From assembly GCA_934085635.1 (NCBI GenBank), contig CAKOHL010000001.1, positions 1 through 38,859 on the forward strand: a DNA stretch of 38,859 nucleotides, given 5' to 3'. Every line of letters starts with the position of its first letter. Position 1 is the first letter of the stretch. Both the position numbers and the translations under genes were made by a program. Source of the stretch: an uncultured Bacilli bacterium (GTDB taxonomy: Bacteria > Bacillota_I > Bacilli_A > RF39 > UBA660). Under the pieces are notes generated by a model. The model ran no database searches, was not told the DNA's origin, and saw nothing but the letters and a program-made list of their open reading frames with translations. Below are positions 8,540 through 17,416 of the stretch, one piece after another.

Positions 8540-10255
8540 TTAATCTAATGTCTGGTAAGCTTTTTTAATATCAGCATTTGCCATTTCTATTTGTCTTTTT
8601 TTATCTAAAAACATATTTATTATCTCTTCAGGTTTTTCCACCGTATATCCTTGTTTTCTAGCATAATCAACCCAATATGGAGATTTCAATACTTTTTCAA
8701 ATTCACTATCTAAAGTTTTTGTTACTATATCTATACAATATATTGCAGTTTTTGGAGCATCAACTGATATTTCATCAATATGGTTCATAATTCTACCTAA
8801 ATACGAAATCAATTTATCACTATTGAAATGTTTTTCAAGTAATTCAGGTGCAACATCTCTATAACCATTATTTATTGTATAAATTGATTCTAAAATACTT
8901 TTTAATATTTTAGAATCATCATATCTACTTTCAAATAATTCTAAATTTTTTTCGATTTTTTCTATATTATTTAATAAACACTTTTGACAATCTACTACTA
9001 CAATAGGAATATTAAAATCTTTTGCTGCTTTTAAACTTTCAAGCCAAATTGGATCACTACTAAAATCTTCCTTTGTTTTTAAGTATACTATATAATCTGG
9101 ATTAATCCTTTCTAACTTACCATTTATTACTCTTCTTCTAGAACGATAAACTTCATTATTCGTAAATCTTGTGTTATTTATTAAACTATCAGGTGTTCTA
9201 AATTCAACGTCAGCAATTAATTTTTTTTGATGAAATGGATTTGTAACATTCAAATCTTTATATATTCCACCAGTACCTAGATCATTTGCGCCTAATAATG
9301 ATAAATTGTTTCTACCAAAATTATTAAAGCCAAACAAACAGTGCTTTACATGTGTTTTTATGCTACTGCTGTTAATAATTGAATTACACATATAATCAGT
9401 AGCAATACTTGGACAATTCCATGCGTCTTTAAAATTTTCAGGTGTTTCGTATTCTGTTGCCATACCATACGAATAAATACACATATTAAAATCTAATCCA
9501 GCATCATATATATTAATACCATCAACGTTACCAATTTGTTTTTCATTTGTTGGTGAATAAAACTTTTCATCATATATTTTTGAGTAAAAATTTCTAAGAA
9601 CAGAATCTATATTAATTAGAAAACTTAAATTCTCATATGCAATTCTATCGCTACCTTTACCTTCAATAATATTTTTAATATCAAGTAAAAAATCTTTTTC
9701 CTCTGATTCAGGTAAATTTTCTATATCCTTACCATATCTCATATATAAATTATAAGCTTTATCATATGACATTCCATATTTGTTTAATAATAATATATTT
9801 GGATCATTTGTTTCGTTATTTTTACTATTCTTGTCATCTCTAATTATTTGTAAATTATTTAGATCATCAACAGAATTTATACCGAAATAATTAGCTCCAT
9901 TACTAATTACAAATAATAATTTTTCTATTTGAGACTCGCTCAATTCATTTTTACTAACATCATCTATTAAATTTGAAAAATGTTTATTTTTTAAAAAATG
10001 ATAATAATTTGCACATAATGAAATCCAATCTTGATTTACACTTTCAGCATAACTAATAATCTTTGATATATTTTTAATGTTATGTTCAGATAGGTTAATT
10101 ATATTTTCTTGTGCTTCTTTATTTAAAGCAAATGTTTCTAAAACATATAAAGGTAAATATTTTATGGTAATTTCATTTATAAAACCACTTATTAGTGTTT
10201 TTTCTATTTCTTTATTGCTGGTTTTTAAATAATTTATTATACTATTAACATCCAT
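8540..10255 (-). CDS. Hypothetical 571-aa cytoplasmic protein, no family recognised
   Basis: Long uninterrupted ORF with ATG start and RBS-like TATAGGATGTGAT 3 nt upstream. No signal peptide or TM segment. The N- and C-terminal thirds look helical. The Cys/His/Gly-rich centre (FNMCIYSYG, HVKHCLFGFNNFGRNNLSLLGANDLGTGG, NEVYRSRRR, PIVVVDCQKC) matches no motif I know. Confidence 0.6.
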   Translation of the reverse strand: MDVNSIINYLKTSNKEIEKTLISGFINEITIKYLPLYVLETFALNKEAQENIINLSEHNIKNISKIISYAESVNQDWISLCANYYHFLKNKHFSNLIDDVSKNELSESQIEKLLFVISNGANYFGINSVDDLNNLQIIRDDKNSKNNETNDPNILLLNKYGMSYDKAYNLYMRYGKDIENLPESEEKDFLLDIKNIIEGKGSDRIAYENLSFLINIDSVLRNFYSKIYDEKFYSPTNEKQIGNVDGINIYDAGLDFNMCIYSYGMATEYETPENFKDAWNCPSIATDYMCNSIINSSSIKTHVKHCLFGFNNFGRNNLSLLGANDLGTGGIYKDLNVTNPFHQKKLIADVEFRTPDSLINNTRFTNNEVYRSRRRVINGKLERINPDYIVYLKTKEDFSSDPIWLESLKAAKDFNIPIVVVDCQKCLLNNIEKIEKNLELFESRYDDSKILKSILESIYTINNGYRDVAPELLEKHFNSDKLISYLGRIMNHIDEISVDAPKTAIYCIDIVTKTLDSEFEKVLKSPYWVDYARKQGYTVEKPEEIINMFLDKKRQIEMANADIKKAYQTLD

Positions 10256-10280
10256 TCTATCACATCCTATAATTATTATA

Positions 10281-12413
10281 TCATATTAATTTATAATTAG
10301 GTAAACAAGTTCCTATTTTTAATTCATTATTTTTAATTTTAAACATAATGCTACCATCTTCATCAGTTCTATATATTTTTGTGTTTACTAAATTATTTAA
10401 TACTGATTCTTTAGGATGACCATATCTGTTATTCTTTCCAACACTAATAATAGAATATTTAGGATTGATACTTTTAATAAATTCTTCACTACTACTTGTA
10501 TTCGAACCGTGATGACCTACTTTTAAAACATCTATATTTTTCAAATTATATTTTTCTAATATATCTTTTTCTTTATTAATACCTGCATCACCCATAAATA
10601 AAAATTTATAATTATTATAATTTAAATAAATTACACTAGAGTTATCATTTTCATTATCAAATAAATCTGTATTCAAAAAAATTAATTTAGCTTCATCGAA
10701 ATGAGCCTCACTTATGCATTTATAATAATTAATCTTATTCGCTTCTAGTACTTTAATTAGTTCCTTTTCAAGATTATTATAGTCCCCACAGTTAAAAACA
10801 ACATTGCTAACGCGAAAATTATTAACTAAATTTATTGCTTCGCCCATATGATCATAATCCCCGTGAGTAATAATTAAATAATCAAGTTTACTAATTCCGA
10901 GTTTTCTCATAAAAGGTATAGTACTTGATCTAACAATTGAACTAGTTTTACCTTTCGCCCATTCTTCTTTTTTATAAGTAGTCTTGCCTCCAGTATCAAT
11001 AAGTATATTCGTTTTGGTATAACGACTTGTAAGCAAAATAGAATCTCCCTGCCCGACATCTAAATAATAAATATCAGTTGAAGTCTTAAAAAGAGGCTTA
11101 ATCTTAACTAAGACAAGAAGAAGCATTAAAACTAAAAGCAATACTTTCTTTCTAACTTTAACAAAAATAGCAAATGTCATTACAAAGATAACTACAAACC
11201 AGATGCTAACTTTAGGGAAATAAATAATTATCTTAAATTTATTAAAAAATGTACTAAGTATTTCTAGTATATCGGTAAAAAAATACAAAACTTTAGAAGC
11301 AAATGGAAAAACAAAAGTAAACAAAGTAAATGGAAAAATAATAAAACTTACAAATGGGACGAACACTAAATTAAGAACTGTACCTAATAAATTAATGTAT
11401 CCAAAATAATAAATGCTTACACTCATAGTCCCAATAAAACTAACTAGACTTACTTTAAATAATCCTTTCAAATAACCTTTGTCACTAATTAAGTCTGATG
11501 AAATCATTAGAAAAAAAGCAGCAAGAAACGATAAAATAAAGCTAATCTTATAAATTATAAATGGATTAATTATAACTAAAGTACTGAAAACTAAATAAAG
11601 TACATTAACTTGTTTAACATTAAAATAAAACACTTTATTAATTCCAAGTAGGAAGAAAAGTAAAGAGGCTCTTAAAATAGATGGAGAAAAATTAGTAATA
11701 AATGAAAACATCATTAAAAAAATAAACACAAATATGTAACTCATAAACTCGCTTATCTTAAACCTCTTTAGTACAAATAAAATAAGTGCACTAAAAATAC
11801 TAACGTGAAGCCCTGACAAAGCAAATAAATGACTAATTCCATTTTCTCTATAAGAAGTAATTACTTCTTCATCTATATAAGTTGTCTTACCTAATATAAA
11901 AGCATAAATATAACTCTTATCTTGGAATCTCTCTGCTCTTTTGTATAGATAATTCTTGAGATTATAAAAAATATTAATATTCTTATTATTAAGTCTAATA
12001 CTATCTACTTTTAATAAATAATATATTTTTTCATTATATAAATATTTCTTATAATTAAACATATATGGTAAAGTATTATTCTTAGCCTCTTCTAAAGTTC
12101 CGCTCACTTCTACTTTAGAACCAATAAGTAAATTTGATTCAAAGTATTTTTTCTCATCTAAAGATTTAATATAGTATGTAGCTTTTAACTTTTCTTTACA
12201 TTTCAAAATTAAATCAAGTTTGTCTCCACTTATTTTATACTCTTTTAGAATACATTTAAAACTAGTATCATCTTGATCATATTTACTCTCATACTTTTTA
12301 ATTTTAGTCACACATAAACTAAACAAAAGCGCTAAAATAACTAGAAACCTATAAAGATAATCACACAGTAATATTTTCCTTAATACTATCATAAAGTTTA
12401 TCCCCAATACCAC
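10281..12413 (-). CDS. comEC: DNA internalization competence protein ComEC/Rec2
   Basis: 710 aa. Multi-TM competence domain (GISHLFALSGLHVSI) plus a C-terminal MBL domain (YLDVGQGDSILL, ITHGDYDHMGEA, FMGDAG, KVGHHGS). Follows comEA. The true start is probably ATG at 12392 (track start 12413 is GTG inside comEA). Confidence 0.9.
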   Translation of the reverse strand: MVLGINFMIVLRKILLCDYLYRFLVILALLFSLCVTKIKKYESKYDQDDTSFKCILKEYKISGDKLDLILKCKEKLKATYYIKSLDEKKYFESNLLIGSKVEVSGTLEEAKNNTLPYMFNYKKYLYNEKIYYLLKVDSIRLNNKNINIFYNLKNYLYKRAERFQDKSYIYAFILGKTTYIDEEVITSYRENGISHLFALSGLHVSIFSALILFVLKRFKISEFMSYIFVFIFLMMFSFITNFSPSILRASLLFFLLGINKVFYFNVKQVNVLYLVFSTLVIINPFIIYKISFILSFLAAFFLMISSDLISDKGYLKGLFKVSLVSFIGTMSVSIYYFGYINLLGTVLNLVFVPFVSFIIFPFTLFTFVFPFASKVLYFFTDILEILSTFFNKFKIIIYFPKVSIWFVVIFVMTFAIFVKVRKKVLLLVLMLLLVLVKIKPLFKTSTDIYYLDVGQGDSILLTSRYTKTNILIDTGGKTTYKKEEWAKGKTSSIVRSSTIPFMRKLGISKLDYLIITHGDYDHMGEAINLVNNFRVSNVVFNCGDYNNLEKELIKVLEANKINYYKCISEAHFDEAKLIFLNTDLFDNENDNSSVIYLNYNNYKFLFMGDAGINKEKDILEKYNLKNIDVLKVGHHGSNTSSSEEFIKSINPKYSIISVGKNNRYGHPKESVLNNLVNTKIYRTDEDGSIMFKIKNNELKIGTCLPNYKLI

Positions 12414-13086
12414 TTACTTTTTTTATGTCTTCAATAGAATTAAAATTACCATTAGCCGTCCTATAATCAATTATCTTCTCAGCCTTACTCTCCCCAATAT
12501 TAGAAAGTTTCATAAGTTCCTCTTTAGTAGCAGTATTAATATTTACTTTTTGGTTATTTTCTAAACTATTAACAGTATTATCTTCTTCACTTTTCACGTT
12601 ATCGTTAGTAATGAGTTCACTTTCACTAATAGAAGCCGAATTTTTAGAATCATTATTTATTTTGACTTCAGTAATATTATTTCCTGAACTTACTTTTTTA
12701 ATTTCACTAGTACTATTTACAATAATCACGTTTTCATCTTTTAAAATTCTACTTAAATTAATATATTTAGTATAAGCTTTCTTAGTTAAACCACCTGATG
12801 CATTAATTGCATCAATAACCCTAGAATTTTCTTTAAGCTTATAAACTCCCGGTTTCTTAACTTCTCCCTTAATATCCACCAAAATATATTTTTCTTCACT
12901 TACATTAGAACTTTCTTCTACTTTTTCTAAATTATCACTTATAAGGTTAACATCATCGTCTTCTAAAAGAACTTTATCTTTCTTAAAATAACTATTCCAA
13001 ACAAGAAAACAAATGGTGCCTAAAAGAAGAACTATAATTAAAAGTTCAAGCTTTCTCTCACTAACATAATTCTTTATTTTTTCCAT
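12361..13086 (-). CDS. comEA: Competence protein ComEA (DNA receptor)
   Basis: 241 aa. N-terminal TM anchor, SLBB-like segment (VDIKGEVKKPGVYKLKENSRVIDAINASGG) and C-terminal tandem helix-hairpin-helix (VNINTATKEELMKLSNIGESKAEKIIDYR...IKKVSGIGDKLYDSI). Confidence 0.9.
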   Translation of the reverse strand: MEKIKNYVSERKLELLIIVLLLGTICFLVWNSYFKKDKVLLEDDDVNLISDNLEKVEESSNVSEEKYILVDIKGEVKKPGVYKLKENSRVIDAINASGGLTKKAYTKYINLSRILKDENVIIVNSTSEIKKVSSGNNITEVKINNDSKNSASISESELITNDNVKSEEDNTVNSLENNQKVNINTATKEELMKLSNIGESKAEKIIDYRTANGNFNSIEDIKKVSGIGDKLYDSIKENITV

Positions 13087-13106
13087 ACCTCACCTCCTTC
13101 AAAAAC

Positions 13107-13135
13107 AATTTAACACACTTTCAAAATAATGTCAA
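13107..13135 (-). promoter_or_regulatory. Sigma-A-type promoter of comEA-comEC
   Basis: Minus strand TTGACA (13135-13130), 17-nt spacer, TAAATT (13112-13107), then GAAGGAGGTGAGGT and the ATG. I saw no competence-specific box. Confidence 0.5.
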
Positions 13136-13166
13136 AACCCCTAAAAACTGAATTTTCTAGGGGTTT
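13135..13166 (-). terminator. Rho-independent terminator after dnaE
   Basis: Minus strand AAACCCCTA - 14-nt loop - TAGGGGTTT, followed by a T-rich run that merges into the comEA -35 element. Confidence 0.6.
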
Positions 13167-13236
13167 ATTTAAAACATTCTAATCTTTTATAATAGAAGAA
13201 TAAATATCAAAATTAAATATCACAAGAAAAAATTTT

Positions 13237-16128
13237 TTACATTTTTTCTAATTTATTTGCAATTAACTGATAGTCTCCCATTCTCTTCTCAACTTTAGCT
13301 CTAACTTTAATTACATCTCCCTTTTTAAGTCCAGCATACTCTTTATACATATTAGGAAAAATAACCAAAGTAGACCTAGCAGTTTCATCACTAACAGTAA
13401 GAAAAACCATCTTATCTTTTTTCTTAGTTTCTATCTCTTTTGCACTTTCAACAAGAACAAGAGCATTAACCATCTTATCAAATTGCTTGCTAATGTTGCA
13501 TAAAAGGCACATACCATCTCTATTATATTTAGTAACTGGATGATTCTCTATATAAAATCCATAGCTATTTATCTCTTGTTCATAAAGTTCATTTTCATCA
13601 TACTCTTCATAATTTATAATCTCAGGAACACTTACAAGAGATTCATCTAAATCATTTAAAAGCTTAGCATACTCAGTTAAAGAAGTAATGTTCTGAATCA
13701 TCGTCCTTCTTGTTAACCCAAATGAGTCAAGCGCTCCGGCATAAATAAGAGATTCAATCACATTAACTTTAAGACGTTTATACATTCTCTTAAAGAAATC
13801 AATAAAACTAGTAAACTCTCCATTTTCTCTTTCTTTCAAAATAGCATTCACTGACTCTTTTCCAACATTTTTAATAGTAGTAAAAGGTAAATAAATAGTT
13901 TTATCAATTGTTACATATATGTCACTACTCTTATTAATATCTGCGAAAATAAAATCAAGTTTAAACTTCTTAGCTTCATTTATATAAAGATTAGTCTTAA
14001 CCTCATCGTGAGTAACCATATCTAAAATAGTAGTCATAAAATATTCTGGGAAATAAGCCTTTAAATAAGCCATAGAATATGCTAAATATGCATAAGCAAC
14101 AGAGTGTCCTTTATTAAAACCATAATTAGCAAACTTTAAAACCAAATCATAAATTTGATTAGCTTTATCCTCAGAAACACCATTATTAATTGCCCCAGTC
14201 ACAAACTTTTCTCTATACATAAGAATAGCTTCTTCTTTTTTCTTACTCATAGCACGCCTTATTATATCTGCTTCACTATATGTAAAGGAACCAATTCTTT
14301 TTAATATCTCAATTATTTGTTCCTGATAAATAATTATACCATTTGTACTTTTTAAAATACTTTCAAGTTCTGGCACTATATATGTAGGTTTCTCTCTTTT
14401 AAACTTAACATTAATATATTTAGGTATCATATCTCTAGGCCCTGGCCTATAAAGGGCTATTGCACTAATAACTTCATCAAAACTATCAATTTTAAGTGCC
14501 TTCAAAAACTGCACCATACCAGAACTCTCAAACTGAAATATTCCAGTAGTATTAGCATTATAAAACACACTAAGAGCTTTTTTATCGTCAGTAGGAAGTT
14601 TATTAATATTAATATAAATACCTTTTTCACTTTGTACCTTTTTTAATACCTTATCAACAATAGTCAAGTTTTTTAAAGCAAGGAAATCTATTTTCAAAAG
14701 ACCTAAACTTTCTAAATATTCCATAGTATATCCACTAAGCAAACAATAACCATTATTATAAATAGGTACTTTATCCATCAAAGGCTTATCACTAATAATA
14801 ACACCTGCCGCGTGCACACTAGTATGTCTTTTAAGGCCTTCAAGCCTCTTACATATCCTAACTAAAAAAGCATAATCCTTATTCTCTTTAATCAATTTAT
14901 TAAACGCATCATTTCCTATAGTTTCTTTAAAAGAATTTTCTAAATTAATACTCTTAATTAGATAATCAATTTTACCACCAGGCATATTAAGAACCCTACC
15001 AACATCTCTAAGCACTGCTTTAAGCTGAAGAGTACCAAAAGTAATAATATTACTTACTTTATCTATCCCATACTTTTCTTTAACATAATTTACAACTTCA
15101 TCTCTTCTCAAATACTCAATATCAGTATCTATATCTGGCATAGTAATTCTATCCTTATTAAGAAATCTTTCAAAGATCAAATCATACTTAAGTGGATCTA
15201 TTTCAGTAATACCAAGAGAATAACTAACTAAACTAGCACACGCACTACCTCTTCCAGGCCCAATTACTATTTTATTTTTCTTGGCATAAAGTATAAAATC
15301 ATAAACTATAAGAAAATAATCAGAAAAATGCATACTCTTAATAACATTAAGCTCCATATTAATTCTATCTAAATATTCCCCACTAACATTCCCATCAAGT
15401 CTTTTATTAAGCCCTTTAAAAGCAAGATTAGTTAAGACTTCATCGCTATTACTTGAATACTTAGGTAGTTCATATTTTACCTCAGGCATCACTATATTAA
15501 TTAAACTAGCAAACTCATAAGTAGTCTTAGCATCACTTTCACTCACCATATAATTTAAAGAATTATCATAACTATAATTATCTTTATCATCAATAGTCTT
15601 AGAATCTCTAATCATATTTAAATACATCAAATACTCTTTGTCGTCTTCTTCTAAATAAAGCGATTCTTTCATATAAACTACTTTATCAGTAAACACTAAA
15701 GCACTAGTCTTTTCAGCACTATTGCTATAACATAAATATAAATCACTAAACACCTCAAAATACTTAGTAAAATTTTCATAATCTTTAGTAACGCATATAA
15801 TTCCATCTAAATGTTTCTTTAAAATTTCTAGAGTTATCTCACTAGTGTTTCTTATACTAACTAAATTAAGTAAATTTACATACCCATCATAATTTTTAGC
15901 ATACAAAATCATCTTAAAATCCTGAACTTCAAAATAAACACCTATTATAGGTTTAATATTATACTTATTACACTCTTTAAAAAGTTCCATAGTACCAAAC
16001 ATATTACTATCAGTAACACCTACAGCATTAATACTATTATTATTTAAATATAAACAAAGTTCATCTATTTTAATCAAACTAGACAAAAGTTCATAATGAG
16101 TTTTAACATTTAATGGTATATAATTCAT
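13237..16128 (-). CDS. dnaE: DNA polymerase III alpha subunit, DnaE type
   Basis: 963 aa. PHP domain start (YIPLNVKTHYELLSS), GPGRGSACASLVSYSLGITEIDP, PDIDTDI, HAAGVIIS, FNKGHSVAYA, OB-fold C-terminus. Confidence 0.95.
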   Translation of the reverse strand: MNYIPLNVKTHYELLSSLIKIDELCLYLNNNSINAVGVTDSNMFGTMELFKECNKYNIKPIIGVYFEVQDFKMILYAKNYDGYVNLLNLVSIRNTSEITLEILKKHLDGIICVTKDYENFTKYFEVFSDLYLCYSNSAEKTSALVFTDKVVYMKESLYLEEDDKEYLMYLNMIRDSKTIDDKDNYSYDNSLNYMVSESDAKTTYEFASLINIVMPEVKYELPKYSSNSDEVLTNLAFKGLNKRLDGNVSGEYLDRINMELNVIKSMHFSDYFLIVYDFILYAKKNKIVIGPGRGSACASLVSYSLGITEIDPLKYDLIFERFLNKDRITMPDIDTDIEYLRRDEVVNYVKEKYGIDKVSNIITFGTLQLKAVLRDVGRVLNMPGGKIDYLIKSINLENSFKETIGNDAFNKLIKENKDYAFLVRICKRLEGLKRHTSVHAAGVIISDKPLMDKVPIYNNGYCLLSGYTMEYLESLGLLKIDFLALKNLTIVDKVLKKVQSEKGIYININKLPTDDKKALSVFYNANTTGIFQFESSGMVQFLKALKIDSFDEVISAIALYRPGPRDMIPKYINVKFKREKPTYIVPELESILKSTNGIIIYQEQIIEILKRIGSFTYSEADIIRRAMSKKKEEAILMYREKFVTGAINNGVSEDKANQIYDLVLKFANYGFNKGHSVAYAYLAYSMAYLKAYFPEYFMTTILDMVTHDEVKTNLYINEAKKFKLDFIFADINKSSDIYVTIDKTIYLPFTTIKNVGKESVNAILKERENGEFTSFIDFFKRMYKRLKVNVIESLIYAGALDSFGLTRRTMIQNITSLTEYAKLLNDLDESLVSVPEIINYEEYDENELYEQEINSYGFYIENHPVTKYNRDGMCLLCNISKQFDKMVNALVLVESAKEIETKKKDKMVFLTVSDETARSTLVIFPNMYKEYAGLKKGDVIKVRAKVEKRMGDYQLIANKLEKM

Positions 16129-16164
16129 ACTTCTCTCCTATAAATATTATAATATATTTACAAA

Positions 16165-16190
16165 CAAAAAAAAAGAAGGATTTACCTTCT
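16165..16190 (-). terminator. Rho-independent terminator after the pilin gene
   Basis: Minus strand AGAAGG-TAAAT-CCTTCT followed by TTTTTTTTTG. Confidence 0.6.
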
Positions 16191-16201
16191 AATTTAATTA
16201 A

Positions 16202-16681
16202 CTATTTTGAAAAGTTACAAGTAGTTGTTCCACTATCAACTGTACAAGTAATTTCTTCTTTACCACCATCTACTATAGCAGAAGTTTTACCATCTTCTTT
16301 AAGCATATCAACATTTTTACTTGTTAAATTATAGTTTGAATTAGCAACTAAGAAGTTATTTATTTTACCATCTTTAAAATCTACATAGTAAGTCATTGCA
16401 CTACTAGCACCTGTCATTGCTACACAATTTGTAGCAGTTTTAGTAGCAGCTGAAACTTTATTACAAAATGCTGTAGGTGCTGTACCAGCAACTGATTCAT
16501 TTAAATATGTAGTTTCAGCATTTTTCCAAATACTTTGAGCATCTACTTTAAATGCATCTCTTCTACCACTTGTAAACATATTAATAATATTTGGTGTAAC
16601 TAATAACATTAATATTGCAAGTATTGCTATAACAGCTAATAATTCAACTAGTGTAAAACCTTTCTTATTTAATTTCTTCAT
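16202..16681 (-). CDS. Type IV pilin / ComGC-like pseudopilin with prepilin leader
   Basis: Class III signal: MKKLNKKG/FTLVELLAVIAILAILMLLV (G-F-T-L-V-E cleavage/methylation motif). Two C-terminal Cys pairs (FCNK...TNC, ITCTVDSGTTTC). Start taken at the ATG 9 nt downstream of the track start because AGGAGAGG sits 9 nt before it. Confidence 0.85.
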   Translation of the reverse strand: MKKLNKKGFTLVELLAVIAILAILMLLVTPNIINMFTSGRRDAFKVDAQSIWKNAETTYLNESVAGTAPTAFCNKVSAATKTATNCVAMTGASSAMTYYVDFKDGKINNFLVANSNYNLTSKNVDMLKEDGKTSAIVDGGKEEITCTVDSGTTTCNFSK

Positions 16682-16745
16682 TCCAATCATCCTCTCCTTC
16701 TATCAAGATATACTTGGAAAATATACCTCTCTTTACCATAGTTAC

Positions 16746-16775
16746 ATTATAGCAAATATTTTTTATCATAGTCAA
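16746..16775 (-). promoter_or_regulatory. Sigma-A-type promoter of the pilin gene
   Basis: Minus strand TTGACT (16775-16770), 18-nt spacer, TATAAT (16751-16746). Confidence 0.5.
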
Positions 16776-16808
16776 TACTTTTAAATCAAAATATGTAAAA
16801 TGTGTAAA

Positions 16809-17030
16809 CTACTCTTTAGTAACATTCATAAATGCATTAATCAAATCAAGTCCAGTACTAACCTTATCAACCTTATCTTTAAATCTAAGACCATACCTTT
16901 CCTTCATTTCATTCTCCATATTTACAAGTGCTTCATTTCTATTAAGCCATTTATACCATGCAGAATTTTCTCTTAAGTATCTAAGCAAATTAGCATCACT
17001 ATATATCTTTTCTTTAACCTCATATTTCAT
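16809..17030 (-). CDS. YlbE-like small protein
   Basis: 73 aa. YLRENSAWYKWLNRN resembles the B. subtilis YlbE pattern (REQPxWYRxLxR). Paired with a YlbD-like gene as in Bacillus. Confidence 0.5.
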   Translation of the reverse strand: MKYEVKEKIYSDANLLRYLRENSAWYKWLNRNEALVNMENEMKERYGLRFKDKVDKVSTGLDLINAFMNVTKE

Positions 17031-17410
17031 TAATCATCAAAAAACCTTTCTATCTCACTTTCTCTCTTTTTCTTCTCTTTCTTTTCTTCTCTCTTTTCAC
17101 TTCTAGAAGACATAATTTCTTCTAAAAATCCAAGTGCTTTCTCAAGAGAAGAAATATTATCTTCAAGTTTATCTAAATCAACATTCTTTAAATTACCTAA
17201 AATATTCTTAACCCCATCACCAAGTTTACTCTCTTCCTTAACAGTCTTACTCTTAAAACTATTCCAAACACTAGAATCACTTCCATAAATATCAAAAGTT
17301 TCAAAAAGTTTCTGATACGTAGTTGCCCCTTCATTAACATAATAAGATAAATGTGGATTTTTCTTCAAAAACTCTTTAAACTCTTCTTTTTTATCCATAT
17401 AACCACCCAT
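17030..17410 (-). CDS. YlbD-like (putative coat protein family) protein
   Basis: About 122-126 aa. FKEFLKKNPHLSYYVNEG...YQKLFETFDIYG resembles the YlbD N-terminus. Acidic/lysine-rich tail. Likely start is the ATG at 17398. Confidence 0.5.
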   Translation of the reverse strand: MGGYMDKKEEFKEFLKKNPHLSYYVNEGATTYQKLFETFDIYGSDSSVWNSFKSKTVKEESKLGDGVKNILGNLKNVDLDKLEDNISSLEKALGFLEEIMSSRSEKREEKKEKKKRESEIERFFDD

Positions 17411-17416
17411 TTAATA

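Larger units (their letters stand above)
8480..10865 (-). other. Putative acquired insert: alternative comEC 3' end plus 571-aa cargo gene
   Basis: This segment is bounded by the two copies of the 38-nt identical block (8442-8479 = 10828-10865). No integrase or transposase lies inside. Confidence 0.5.

Noticed and set aside
16113-16334. Plus-strand ORF 16113-16334.
   Set aside because: It spans the dnaE start, the pilin terminator and the antisense of the pilin 3' end. The product is low-complexity.
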